NCBI RefSeq assembly: GCF_000143415.4 | Contig: NW_003314294.1 | Span: 687,453 to 751,452 of the forward strand | Reading direction: 5' to 3' | Length of the DNA stretch: 64,000 nucleotides | Origin: Selaginella moellendorffii | Lineage: Eukaryota > Plantae > Lycopodiophyta | Part shown: piece by piece, positions 39,700 through 52,699 of the stretch | Layout: each line of letters begins with the position of its first letter | Numbering within the stretch: position 1 is the stretch's first letter | The notes under the pieces: model-generated | The model's database searches: none | Seen by the model: only the letters and a program-made list of their open reading frames with translations | What the model was told of the DNA's origin: nothing | Program-made: the position numbers and the translations under genes

Positions 39700-42600
39700 C
39701 ATTGAATTAACCATCTTTTCTCCTGCAACCCCTATTCACTATTGTATGCATTTGCATTGAATTAACCATTTTTCCTCCCACCTATGACTATTTTTTATAA
39801 AGTAGAGTTAAGAAAAATAACACATACTTATCCTTACTTATGCATTTGGGGTTTGAGGTTGAGTTCTATTTTATTCTCAATTTTCTATTTTTTTTTCTTC
39901 TCTTCTTCTTTTATGTTCTCGTCTCTATTTGTTTGTCATTGTTTTGCAAGCAGGGGCAAGAACACAAGTACAGGTAGAAAAACCTTTACTTATTTTTAGC
40001 AACCACGGTGGGATAAATTGTCACTTTTTGGCTTGAAAAACAACTAAGAGAATCATTTGTGAATTCCAAACATGCCCAACACTATAAATCACAAGTAGCT
40101 CTCTTTAGTAATTGCAAAAGCCTTGAGCTTAGACAATACTAAATGAAGAAACTCTTCTTGCGATTGTAATGACTTAGTGTTTAGATAACACAAAAAAGAT
40201 AGTTTTCAATTGTCACCAAAGCCACAGAGTATGAGACTAGTTTGAAATTGAAGTATTAGATACATTGCTAGGAAACTCAAGTTTAAATTGCTTTGCTAGC
40301 AATTTTTTGACAAAAATCCAAAAGAAAAAGGAATGGAGTTTGTTTGATGTGGAAAACACAATCAACTATTTTAGAATTCTTTCCTTCTGAGCAAGCTTTT
40401 ACTTAGGTTTTTAGAGAATATATTTTTTAGCAGTGTATCACAATTTTTCTAGGTATACACAAGTAAGAAAATTGGGCACCTATAACTTTTGTCTTTGACT
40501 CCAATTTAAAGAGAGTTAAAGTCAATTTTAGTGAAGAACAAATTGGGGAATTATTCACCCAAATCTTACAAGGCTTTAATAGATAAAACATTATGCTGTT
40601 TCAAGGCTTTGATCCAAAATCCTTTAGCTTAGACTACTACTTAAATATGGTTTGAGAGTAGATTTGTCCCAAATTTAAGTCTCCTATGCATACTGCAAGA
40701 GTCTATGAGACTCAAATAATACTCATAAGTCGAAAATTTACAAATGGTTATTACAAATCGCTTTACACCTAGTACACATAAGCAAATTAATCAAGGCTCA
40801 TATCTTATACATAAAGAGCTTATAAACACTGCTCAATGTGAAAAGTGTTATTCTTTTATATATTTTGAGAGCACTTACATCACATCTAGCCCCATAAAGA
40901 GGAATCAAGGGAAATCATGTGAAACACACCCCATATCTCTTAAAGTGAGGCATAGATAAAGAGCAAATATACAAGTGAATACGTGTAAAAATCCATCTTT
41001 CAAATCAATTGAGCAACACTTAATTGCTAAGGGAAATACTCATCACTTTAGGCCTGAAAAACCCTTTGTAAGGTGTGAACCACCCTTTATATGGCATAAT
41101 CCACATGTGTATGTACCTCCTCATAAAAGAGAATTTCTATATAGTGAATATTTTCCATATAGGCAAGATTATATAACTACTTTAGTAAGAGTTGTAACTC
41201 AATTTTTGCCTATATTTGGAACGCATAGATCACCCTATGTGCTAATTGAGCTTTTACCAAATGAAGTAGTTGAGAGGCTTCACATTATAAATGCAGAATA
41301 AAGAGTTGTAAAGCTTGCTACTAAACATTGGTATTGTCACTTTGATCTCTGAAGAACAAAACAAGCTTAAAGATATTAGAAAAGGGTTTTGTCTAAAAAT
41401 GAAATAACCTTAAACACTCCCAAAATTTTTGAAATACATTACAAAGCTAAAAAATCTATCATACAAGCTTGAGCAGAGACTTGTATTGACCATAATCACC
41501 CATTGGCGAAGAGGCTAAAGAGAAATTTGCCTTGAAAAGCAATTTTTGTTTACATTTGAAGTAAAATCTTCCACGAATTAGTTATCACATATTTGAAAAA
41601 TTACCTAATGTTATTCCATAATCAAATTAACCTAGAATAGGCTATTATGTACTACTAGACAATTTGACTCTTATGTTGATTCCACAGGGCAATTTCATAA
41701 ATTAGTCTTTATGTGCTGTTCAAATTAATCCTTAATATTAATCCAATTTGCCTAAAATTTGCCAAGAATAATAGGTCACTTTTTTTAATTCCATAGTTGT
41801 AAGGGCAAGATTGGCTATAAACTAGAGGGTAAGACCCATTATGAAGTAAGCAAACTATTTTGGAATTTGCTATCATACGCCAAAGTCCTTGCATTGAATT
41901 AATCTTAACCACATTAAGCACGGATAGAAAGGAAAGGACCTTTTGCACACCTAGGTGGAAAGATTGAGAATTGATGACCTTTCATTGTCTTAATAAAAGT
42001 TGAACGAAGGAATTGGGGTAGGCAAGATAAGAATATTTACTAATAATCCACTATACCTATCATAAGATATATTTTGCTTATAAACCTAAACAAAAGTTGG
42101 GTGATCACCACTCTGTATAACTAGACAAAAGTATAAGAAAGCAAAAACTAAAGTATTATGTGTGTCTAACAAGGCTAACAAATGATAGATTTAACGAAAT
42201 TGCTTAAAAAATTCCATAAATTATTGAGCGAAATACTTAACATTATTTTGCTCAAGGTATACAAAAGTCTGACCCTTGGTACTTTTACTATTGTCAAAGA
42301 AGGTGTGATAATACACTTAGATTACTTTGTAGATACATAGCGTAAACAAGACTTATATCTGTGGAGTTACCCATACAAAAAGAAAATAGTATTAGGATTC
42401 TTCCTAGAGAGAGAGATAGTTTGCTTATCCGAGCTAGACACAAATCCTAAGTATTATAACTTGCAAAAGATTTATAAAATTCTGTCTACTAAACAATTGC
42501 TACAATTTTATACAATCTTAAACAAAGAAGCTATTGTAGAAACTTTAATAGTTCACAATAAAGTTTAGATACCCATAAATAGAAATATAATGGTTAATAA

Positions 42601-43560
42601 TTGGGTTAATAAACATTAGATGAATTCCAAATTTGGATTGATAGGCAACAAAATTTTGTGGAGTAAAAATCTTCTAAAGTGGACCACACCTGAGTAAGAC
42701 AGATATGTTGTGAAAAATAACATTTGTTGCTCAAGAAATTTTTGGGACTTTCATATAAAAAATGTTCTAGACATTTAGCTTTTATAGGAAAGTCATCCCT
42801 ATTTCAAAATTGATTGGGAAACTAAGTGCTTGCTTCTAAGAGTGACTGATAAACTAATTTAAAAGGGGAATACATTGATACCAACATTTTGTACCATTCA
42901 CTCCACAAACAAGGCATAATAACTAAACTTGCTATACTAGCAATACCAACAAACCTCGAAATATATAAGTATAGACCAACAATTAATCTTATCTATAAAG
43001 CTTTAGAGGGCATAATCTTTATGCATAAAATTGTTATTGTCTATATCAAACAAGGTTATAGATATACAACATTTCCCTCATAATTTAATGAGTGGAAGGT
43101 AGTCTAAAAAGAAGTATTCACAATATCTAAAATGAAATTATAGATCATTTGCTCGTGATATTTGCGATCTTAACCTCCTTTCAGAACAAACTAAATCATT
43201 ACTTAACTACTCTAGAAAAAAGATTAAAAGAGAGTGAGCTAAAAGCATATTAGATACACCTTAATGAAGAGGAAATCAAAATTCTCAATACGACTTTGAC
43301 AATCATCTAGAATACGTGAATCCATATGCTACTCCTCCTTGGTAGCATTGGCACATAGAAAATATTTTTGCTTCAGCTGAGAATAGTGGAATACAAAACA
43401 ACTAGAGTGATTCCCCACAAAAGGAAGAAGAATTAAATTTATAGTTCTTACCCTTTGATAGTGATCCATGTTCCCCTATGAACTAAACACTTATTTTGCC
43501 TATATTAGTTGCAAAATAGAGCATTTCCTATCAAATTGTAATGAGCATGATGACAATTGC
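39700..43560. mobile_element. AT-rich decayed sequence, probably the LTR or extra-ORF part of the retroelement block
   Basis: Same composition and decay pattern as the adjacent gypsy remnants; no clear motifs. Confidence 0.35.
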
Positions 43561-44684
43561 AAGAACAGTAATAAGCATCATCATCACATATCCATCCTTT
43601 TCTGGAATTAAAGGAGAAAACTCACAATTGTATATTGAGTAATACACAGAAGCAATTAAACTCAATCAAATAGATGGGCAGAAAATAATTTTTTCCTTAT
43701 ACACTTAAATATTGCTCAAATACTTAAATCCTACTAAGCATAACTACACAACCACTGAAAAAGAAACTTTAGATATAGTTTACGCTTTACAAAAATTTAG
43801 GCATTATTTTTTGGTAACAAAATAATTGTCTTTGCTAACCATAAGGCTCTTTTATATCTCATTAATAAGCCATACATATCTACTTGATTAACTAAATGGT
43901 TTTTACTATTACAAGAATATAATCTTTAAATAATACATTGACTTGGAAAATTACATGAATAGGTCGATTGCCTAAGTTGCATCATTACAAAAGAATCACA
44001 TAATACTAAAGTAAAAAAACTTTTATATGCGCATTTATTTGCAATCTTCATGCCCACCATTTAGTTAAAAAATATACAAATCTATCTTTTTATACACAAT
44101 TTTACCCCACTATAATTTGCTAGAAAAAAAAAGTTGTTTGTTTTGAGGACATAACATTACTTTATTATGGGGAGTGCTTATATAAATTAGGCATCAATGG
44201 AATACTAAAGAGATGTATTCATAAATATGAAGAAAGAGATAAAATCCTAAGGAAAGCTCACTCAAGCACATTAAAAGGCCATTTTGTAAATGAAATCACT
44301 ACTAAAAAAGTCTTACAAGTAGGGTTATGGTGTCCTACATTTTTATCTTAAATGGTCAAGCTAATTAACATAAAAATGAATATGGAGCTAAATCATCAAA
44401 GTATAAGATTTTTTATTAATATCGGGAAATCAAGTCTTCCCGAAAAAGATATATTCCCTATTCTTTTCACAGATAAAATTTTGGATTCGATAGTAGGTTA
44501 TAAGATGTATTCATTTTTAGATGGATTCTTTAGTTATAATTAGGTGGACATAACACTTGAAGATCAACACAAAATGACTTTTATAAGCCTATGGGGAGTT
44601 TATGCCTATTGCAAAATGATTTTTAGCATATATAATGCTCATTTTATATTTCAAAGAGTTATTACGGACACTTTCAGAGAATAT

Positions 44685-44831
44685 CTCACTAGTTCTATGG
44701 TACTATAGTACATTTGTATGGTACATTTGCACTTGGCCGAATAAGCATAAGGACAGAATTTCCAAATGTTTATTTAGCCAAGCATACTTAGCCCCGGCTT
44801 TTTAATTCTCTTTTGCTCTGTCTTGCACTAG
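44685..44831. mobile_element. 147-bp insertion just before the RT xDD motif; second copy at 49258-49404
   Basis: Removal rejoins EYL-DKN..(V/I)F(I/M)DDF; the element ends in CACTAG. Confidence 0.6.
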
Positions 44832-47800
44832 CTTGACAAGAACCCTCACGTTTTCATAGATGATTTTAGTGTCTTTAGCTTCAAAAGAAAAAATTTAGCT
44901 TACTTGCAAAAATGTTTGCAAAAATACATAGAATATAACATTTCTTTTAATCCAAAGAAATATACTTTCTTTGTAAATTCAGGCATACTTTTAGGCATAT
45001 TATATGCAAGGAATGTATCATTATAGACAAAAACAAAGACAAAACCTAAGTGATTGAGATAATATTTTCACCATACGATTTAAAAAGTCTTCATTGCTTT
45101 TTAGGCAAAGTTATCTATCACAAGCAATTTATAAAAGTTTATGCAAAAATTGCCAAACCACTTACTAATCTTTTAAAAAAAGATACTTCATTTATATAAA
45201 AACAAATTGTCAAGAAGCATTTCTAAGGCTTAAACAATGCTTTAAAAAGGCACTTATACTTATTAAACTCGATTGGACATAAAAATTTCACTTACAGGTG
45301 GATATTTTTTATATTGCCACAGGTGTAATATTATCCTAGACACAAGGTGATCAAAAAATCATCCTATTTATTATACTAGTAGACACTTAAATCTTGCTAA
45401 GCATAACTACACAACTATTGAAAATAAAACCTGAAATGTAGTTTACGCTTTACAAAAATTTAGGCATTATTTTTTGGTAACAAAAATAATTGTCTTTGTT
45501 AACCATAAGGCTCTTTTATATCTCATCAACAAACCATACATATATGCTTGACTAACTAAATGGTTTTTACTATTACAAGAATATAATCTTCAAATAATAC
45601 ATTAACATAAAAAATTCTATGAATAGGCCGATTGCCTAAACTGCGTCATTACAAAAGAATCATATAATACTAAGGTAGAGAAACTCTCAGATGCTCATTT
45701 ATTTGCAATTTTTATACCCAACACTTGATTAGAAAATATACAAATTTATCTTTCTATACACAATTCTACCCCACTATAATTCACTAAAAATAAAAAAGTT
45801 GTTTATTTTGAGGACATAACATTACTTTATTATGAGGAGTGTTTATATAAATTAGGTATCAATGGAACACTAAAAATATGTGTTCATAGATATAAAGAAA
45901 TAAATAAAATCCTAAGGGAAGCTCACTAAGTCTTCTCTTCCCCAAAGTATTCAAGAATCTTAATACACCTTTCAAGATCTTTTGGGAGAGACTTTTTTTA
46001 TAAATAGATGATGTAACCTAATTTCCACTACGGTTTATAATTGTCATCACTAGGCCAAACGGAGTAGGAGCGAATGTACTGCTGATCAAGAATTCTCTAC
46101 TTCCAAAAGATGGTCTTCAATGGGATTCCAAAAGTGTGCAAATGGAAGTTCATGGGTATGGTGTGTTCCACGTCAACTGTAGCGAAGAAGAGCCTTTAGC
46201 ATCGTTGAAAAGACACTGAAACGATCACACCATTTGTTACCTATGAATTAACTAGGGAGTGACGATGACAATCAACTAAGAGGTCCAGGGGGTGGGTGTG
46301 GCAATGAACCAAGGGGTGTTGATTAACCAAAACCTGGGCAAGAAAATAATTTTTTCCCCTATACGCTAAAAAACAAAGCCAAAGACTGGTATTATGACAA
46401 TGATGTCAAAAAGCTTAGCACATTTGATGAGCAGACAAAGTTTTTACTTAAAGTTTTCTCCATGGAAATAAATCCAAAAGAAAACTATGATGAGTTGCAA
46501 GAACTTTATCAAGGAAAATTTGAGACAATCGAGAAATATACAACTCTATTCAACAAGTGTTATAAGCATTGTAAAGATTTAGTGTCAGATAAAATATGCT
46601 TATACTTATATATACAGGGTTCAAAAAAATTTATTATGAATATGCGATAAAGAGAGCTTATATAGATTTTGATAACTTGAAAAAAGCCATAATTGCCTAT
46701 CAAGATCTCATAAAACAATATGACATGGTAAATATGGTGAAGTCATAAGAAAAAACGACCCCTATAAACAAGGAAATCAGTCATCTAAGAAGCCTCAAAT
46801 TGTAAATCAATATCAAATAAAAGATTTAGTGTACCAGATGCAAAAATGAAGGCTATAACAAGGAAAAGTGAGAACTCTAGTTGATCAAGTGCCAAATTTG
46901 TGAAAAAAAAAACATACAACTAAGGAATGTAAAACCTTGTTTAAAACAACCAAGAGGACAACAGATAACTTGAGTTAATAAAACAACACATAGGGAAAAC
47001 TATCGATTTGATAATAGAAGCTATCATAGAAAAAATGATTACAATAATTAGAGCTCTCTAAACAATGCAGCTCTAATGTAAGGTGGTATAATGAGAAGTT
47101 GGTCTAGAGTGAATGTAATTCTTTGCCTTTCACTACCTTTTTCTCATTTTTGCCATTTAGCTTTAATATAGGATTTTCTATGGCACGCACTCTACCATTG
47201 AGGAAGTGGCATAGGAGATTGATGCCAAGAATCTCATGGCAATCATAATGGGAGTGGTGAGCAGCATCAACGTGGCAGTGGTATGCGTTTCTGCAAAGCA
47301 GAGGGCCAAGGTTGTGTCGCCTTTTGCGTTAGTGGTAAATTTATATCAGTTTGTAAAGGTGTAAAACTTTTTGTATTAGAATCACCATCCTCCAAATTGA
47401 CTTATAGTTGCAAATGTTGGAGTTGTTAAGTGATTTTTGCACTGATCTTTTTCTTTTGGTGCCATTGAGAGTTAGGGATGATTTCTACTTCATCATCACT
47501 TTCCTCATCTTAGCATTCAGATTCAACTCTTTTTTGTTGAGTTTTAGTTATGACACAAATGTTAGGTAACTTTTCTATATCTGACCATTTTACTTTAACG
47601 TGCCTAGCTATAAGTTGCATATCTTTATGGGGCCTATCATTCTTGTTTGATGATTTAACTTGATTATATGGCCTAGGATAGTGAGTAGGAATCTTAGCTT
47701 GATCATAATCTTTTAGCTTTTCATACTCTCTAGGTCTATTGTAACCTCTTGGCTGATTATATTCTCTAGGCTGATTATAGTCTCAAAGCTTATTTTCCTC

Positions 47801-50445
47801 ATAGCTAGGTGGATAGTCTAAAAAATTACCCATAGGGGGATAATCCCAATGGTTATCTTGCCTTTTAGCATATAGGTATTCATGTTTGATGCTTTGATTC
47901 CTAAAAAGGAAGAAATTTTAATCATATCTATAGCCATTATAATTGAGCTAGGAGATTGTGAATATGAAGATCCTAAAATTGATATAAAGATTAGCAAAAA
48001 TTTATTATTCAGAACTCTCATTGATAGTGGCTCAAACGTTAATATTCTAGAAGAGAGTATTTGCAAAGAATTAGGCCTAAGTCTAATTCAACTAGTCTTA
48101 TTTAATGTACGAATGGTAGATGACTAAAGCATCAGGCCCATTAAAATTATTAGAAATGTTTTAACCAATGTGGTTAAGATAAAATACAAACTCAATTATA
48201 TTATGTTTAAAATGACATGACGAGATTCTACCTATAAAACCTTACTAGACACACTTGGCTAAAAATTACTTGTATAAACCAAGACTGGAAAAATAGTTTT
48301 TTGTGTATAGAGTAGATCAACCAAAAAAGATCTGTACCCATTACTTCTACTATACAATTGGAAAAGAAAAATCAACCCCTCAAAATTCAAAATTCAATTT
48401 TATGATTGGGAGGAAGGTCTAGATGATTTCCAAAAACAACAAATCTTATAAGATTTCCCTAAAGCTGAGTTAATTTCAAAAGTTGATCTCTATTCAATAC
48501 TCAAAGAAGTACCTAAGCAAAAAGTTTCTAGATCAAAAATTGGTATTGCTATAAAAGATTTCTCTGTAAAAGAGGATCTTGCCTATAAAATTAATCAATA
48601 GAGAAACTATGTTTCACATGTTTTTTTATGATCAACCACTTAAGTAAATCAATTTAGTAGATGAGAATAATTCTCATACTATCACAATGCTTAAAGATTG
48701 CACATTGAATTTCATAATCAACCCATAAATTTACTAAAATACTACAAGGACATTTTTGCTTAGTCTTACATAAATTTAAAAGGCATCCCACTAGAACTTT
48801 GTACACACCGTATTGAGATACTCTTGGGAAATATATTAAAATGCAAATTCCCTATAGAATGAATTCTAATTATCAAGGTAAAGTTAAGGAAAAAATCAAT
48901 AAACTTTTTCAAGTATGATGCATCTATCTAATCCAGAATACCTAATAACTTTCACCACTTGTAAAATGGTAAATTACGAGTTTGTATGAATTATAAAAAG
49001 CTAAATGATGTAACAAAAAAAAAAATGTTCCCTATTCCTTTCACAGATAAAATTTTGAATTTAGTAGTAGGTCATGAGATGTATTCATTTTTAAATAAAT
49101 TCTTTCGTTATAATCAGGTGAAAATAGCACATAAAGATCAATACAAAATGGCTTTATAAGTTTATGGGGAGCTTATGCCTATTGCAAAATGTTTTTTAGC
49201 CTATGTAATACTCTTTTTACATTTCAAAAAGCTATTACGAACACTTTCAAAGAATATCTCACTAGTTCTATAGTACTATGGTATATTTGTATGGTACATT
49301 TACACTTGGCCGAATGAGCATAAAGATGGAATTTCTAAGTGTCTATTTAGCCAAGCATACTTGGCCTCGGCTTTTTAATTCTCTTTTGCTTTGTCTTGCA
49401 CTAGCTTGACAAGAACCCTCGCATTTTCATGGATGATTTTAGTATCTTTAGCTTCAAAAGGAAACATTTAGTTTACTTGCAAAAATATAGAGAATATAGC
49501 ATTTCTTTTAATCTAGAGAAATGTACTTTCTTTGTAAATTCAGGCATATTTTTAGGCATATTGTATGTAAAGAAGGTATCATTGTAGACAAAAACAAAAC
49601 CCAAGTGATTGAAATAATGTTTCCACCATACGATTTAAAAAGTTTTCATTGCTTTTTAGGCAAAGTTAGCTATCACAAGCAATTTATAAAAGTTTATATA
49701 AAAATTGTCAAACCACTTACTAATCTTTTAAAAAGAAATACTTCATTTATATAGAACAAAATTGTCAAGAAGCATTTCTAAGGCTTAAAAAATGCCTTAA
49801 AAAGGCACTTATACTTATTAAACCCGATTGGACATAGAAATTTCACTTACAGGTGGATATTTTTTATATTGCCATAGGTGTAATATTATCCTAGACACAA
49901 GATGATCAAAAGATCATCCTATTTATTATACTAGCAGACACTTATATCCTGCTAAGCATAACTACACAACTATTGAAAATGAAACCTTAGGTGTAGTTTA
50001 TGCTTTACAAAAATTTAGGCATTATTTTTTGGCAACAAAAATAATTGTCTTTATAGGCTCTTTTATATCTCATTAACAAACCATGTATATTTGCTTGACT
50101 AACTAAATGGTTTTTACTATTACAAGAATATAATCTTCAAATAATACATTGACATAAAAAATTCCATGAATAGGCCGATTGCCTAAATTGCATCATTACA
50201 AAAGAATCATATAATACTAAAGTAGAAAAACTCTCAGATGCTCATTTATTTGCAATTTCATACCTAACACTTAGTTGGAAAACAATAATTCACTAAAAAT
50301 AAAAAATTTGTTTATTAATGGAACATTAAAGAGATGTGTTCATATATATGAAGAAAGAAATAAAATCCTAAAGGAAACTTACTCAAACCTATTAAAAGGC
50401 CATCTTGCAAATGAAATATTGTGAAGAAAATTTTACAAGTAGAGT

Positions 50446-50735
50446 TATGCTTTATTTCGTTAAAGTGGGACTTATTCAGTAAAGTGGGACATTAATTAGC
50501 ATGTGTCCACATGCCATTTCCTAGTACTTAATTAATATTTATTAATATTTCTATCAGTTTTTTAATTTATTTTTTTATATTTCACAATATTATAACACAA
50601 AATCATATGAAAAGTTTTTAATTTATAAATTATAAAGTTAAAACTTTAATTTTTTATTGTTGTTATAAAAATGGCATGTGGCCACACACCATAAGTGGGA
50701 TAATGAAAAGTCCCACTTTAACGAAATAAAGCATA
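50446..50735. mobile_element. MITE, 290 bp, with 28-bp perfect TIRs, inserted in the integrase remnant
   Basis: TATGCTTTATTTCGTTAAAGTGGGACTT ... AAGTCCCACTTTAACGAAATAAAGCATA; the empty paralogous site is at 44315-44340. Confidence 0.9.
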
Positions 50736-51949
50736 GTTATGATGGCCTACACTTTTATCTTAAATAGTCAAACTGGTTAACATAAAAATGAATATAGAGC
50801 TAAATAATTAAGGCACAGAGTTTTTATCAATACTGAGAAATTAAATCTTCTCTTCCCCAAAGAACTCAAGAATCTCAATACACCTTTCAAGATCTCTTGG
50901 GAGAAAGTTTTTCTACAAACAGATGATGCGGCCCAATCTACACAACGGTTTACCACTAGGCCAGATGGAGTAAGAGTGAATGTATTGCTAATCAAGAATT
51001 CTCTGCTTTCAAGAGATGGTCTTCAATGAGATTCTAAAAGTGTGCGAATGGAAGTTCATGAGTATGGTGTATTCCAGCTCAACTGTAGCAAAGAGGAGTC
51101 TTTAGCATCATTAAAGGCACTGCAAAGATCACACCATTTGATACCTATGAATCAACTAAGGGGTAACAATGACAATCAACCAAGGGGTCCAAGGGGTGGG
51201 AGTGGCAATGAACCAGAGGGTGGTGATCAACCAGAACTTGGGGTTGACAATCAACCTGATGGTGACCATGATCAACCAAGAAGGGGCAATCGGCAACATA
51301 TAGTATCATCTAGTAGCAGTGGAGACAAGGAGCAGCCAATCTGGAGGAGGCAGCCAATCAGATGGATCTTGTTGGAGATGAGCGAGGAAGAAGAGAGAGC
51401 TGTGATACCGCTGCCTGTGACGAGTGCTATTGTTTGGAGGTGGCTAATAGTCTCAACAGGCAGCAGTGGCGAAGATCAATCATTCTTAGAGGCACATGAA
51501 GCAGTAGTAGCGATATCCGACGATGCTGCACAAGATTTGGCGAATTTTGTGAGTTGTTTTTTCATTGAAATCCCAAAAGTACTAACAATTGAAGTTGGAA
51601 GGCTTTTGAAGCAGCAGTGACTAGCGACGCAGCACAAGCAGTGGTTGCTTTTGGAAGTTACTTTCCTTAAATTCCTGATGACTTACAGTTTGCGTTTGAA
51701 GGCCTCGGAGGAAGTTTGAGGGCCTCAACAGCTGCAAGCCGAAACTTTTCCCTCTGTACGTATTAGATTTTTGTCAACGCAGCTGAGGGTCTAGATAGAG
51801 TGAGTTGATGTGCTGAAATTTCTAACTTGTTCTTTCTGACGACAGGAACCTCGCTCGTAATAAAACTTGTGCACCTTTGTCTCAAAGCTGGTGCCAACTT
51901 GCGGGTCATCTACCAGTATCCAACGATGGTATTTTTACCTCGACTTCTT

Positions 51950-52505
51950 CTTTGGCTTGAGAGGAGAAGATTATCGTCGTCATGCAAAGATTTTGAATAC
52001 GATTTTGGTGCGGATTCCGTTGTCTCTCTCCAATGCTAATGCCAGTGTGAGGTCAGTACTCTTCAATTTTCCTTAGTCTTTTTTCTTCCGCGACGAAGAA
52101 CTCCTAATCATGTGGTTGCAGGCAGGACAAGTCTCGTGCTCCTGGCTGCACCTAGCGATGGAAGAAGCCATCCACAAATAAAGCGAAAATGTATAGAAAA
52201 ATGAGTGGAGAGAATAGGAAAAATGCTATGGCCTGGTCGGCTGGGAAGACATCACACACAGAGAGAATGGCAATGCCTCTGAAAGAAAGAGTCTCTCCCA
52301 CTGGAGGTGTGCTGTGATCCAGATCCCGGGAGTTTGCTTGTTGGATCGAGCAAAGTTTCGAAAAGACAGAAACACTTTGATCCATCTTGCTCGTCGCAAT
52401 CTCTGAGTATATATGACTCGACTGTTCCTCATTGCTCTCCAGATATCTGTGTTTATGGAAAAGAGCTCTTTTCCTGTTTCATATATCATCCTTGCTCGAT
52501 CTCTA
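51950..52505 (+). repeat. Shortened copy of the 55770-56910 segment
   Basis: Shared AATGCCAGTGTGAGGTCAGTACTCTTCAA, GGGAGTTTGCTT..GGATC.AGCAAAGTTTCG and TGTGTTTATGGAA.AGAGCT blocks. Confidence 0.7.
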
Positions 52506-52699
52506 GACAGTTTTTAGTCTTCGACTCTCGAAAAAGTTTTCTCTTTTTCGACAAATGGAAGTATAAGAATTTTTTTGTCAAGGTTTTAGGGCTCTGTATG
52601 ATGATGCCAGAATGAGGCTTGCGGAGGGCGATTGAGGTCTGATATTTTTTGCTACTCTCTCCAGCACGCAGATCCGGTGGATTGCTATAGATTGTAAGT

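Larger units (their letters stand above)
43560..50840 (+). mobile_element. Highly decayed Ty3/gypsy (non-chromovirus-like) remnants with duplicated RT-RNaseH-IN blocks (about 43720-44440, 44440-45930, 48750-50840), gag (about 46340-47000) and protease (about 48010)
   Basis: YSFLDGF.SYN, F(I/M)DDFS, NYTT.E.E.L..VYALQKFRHY, LIDSGSNVNIL and YTLKNKAKDWY; many stops; strong CG depletion. Confidence 0.82.
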
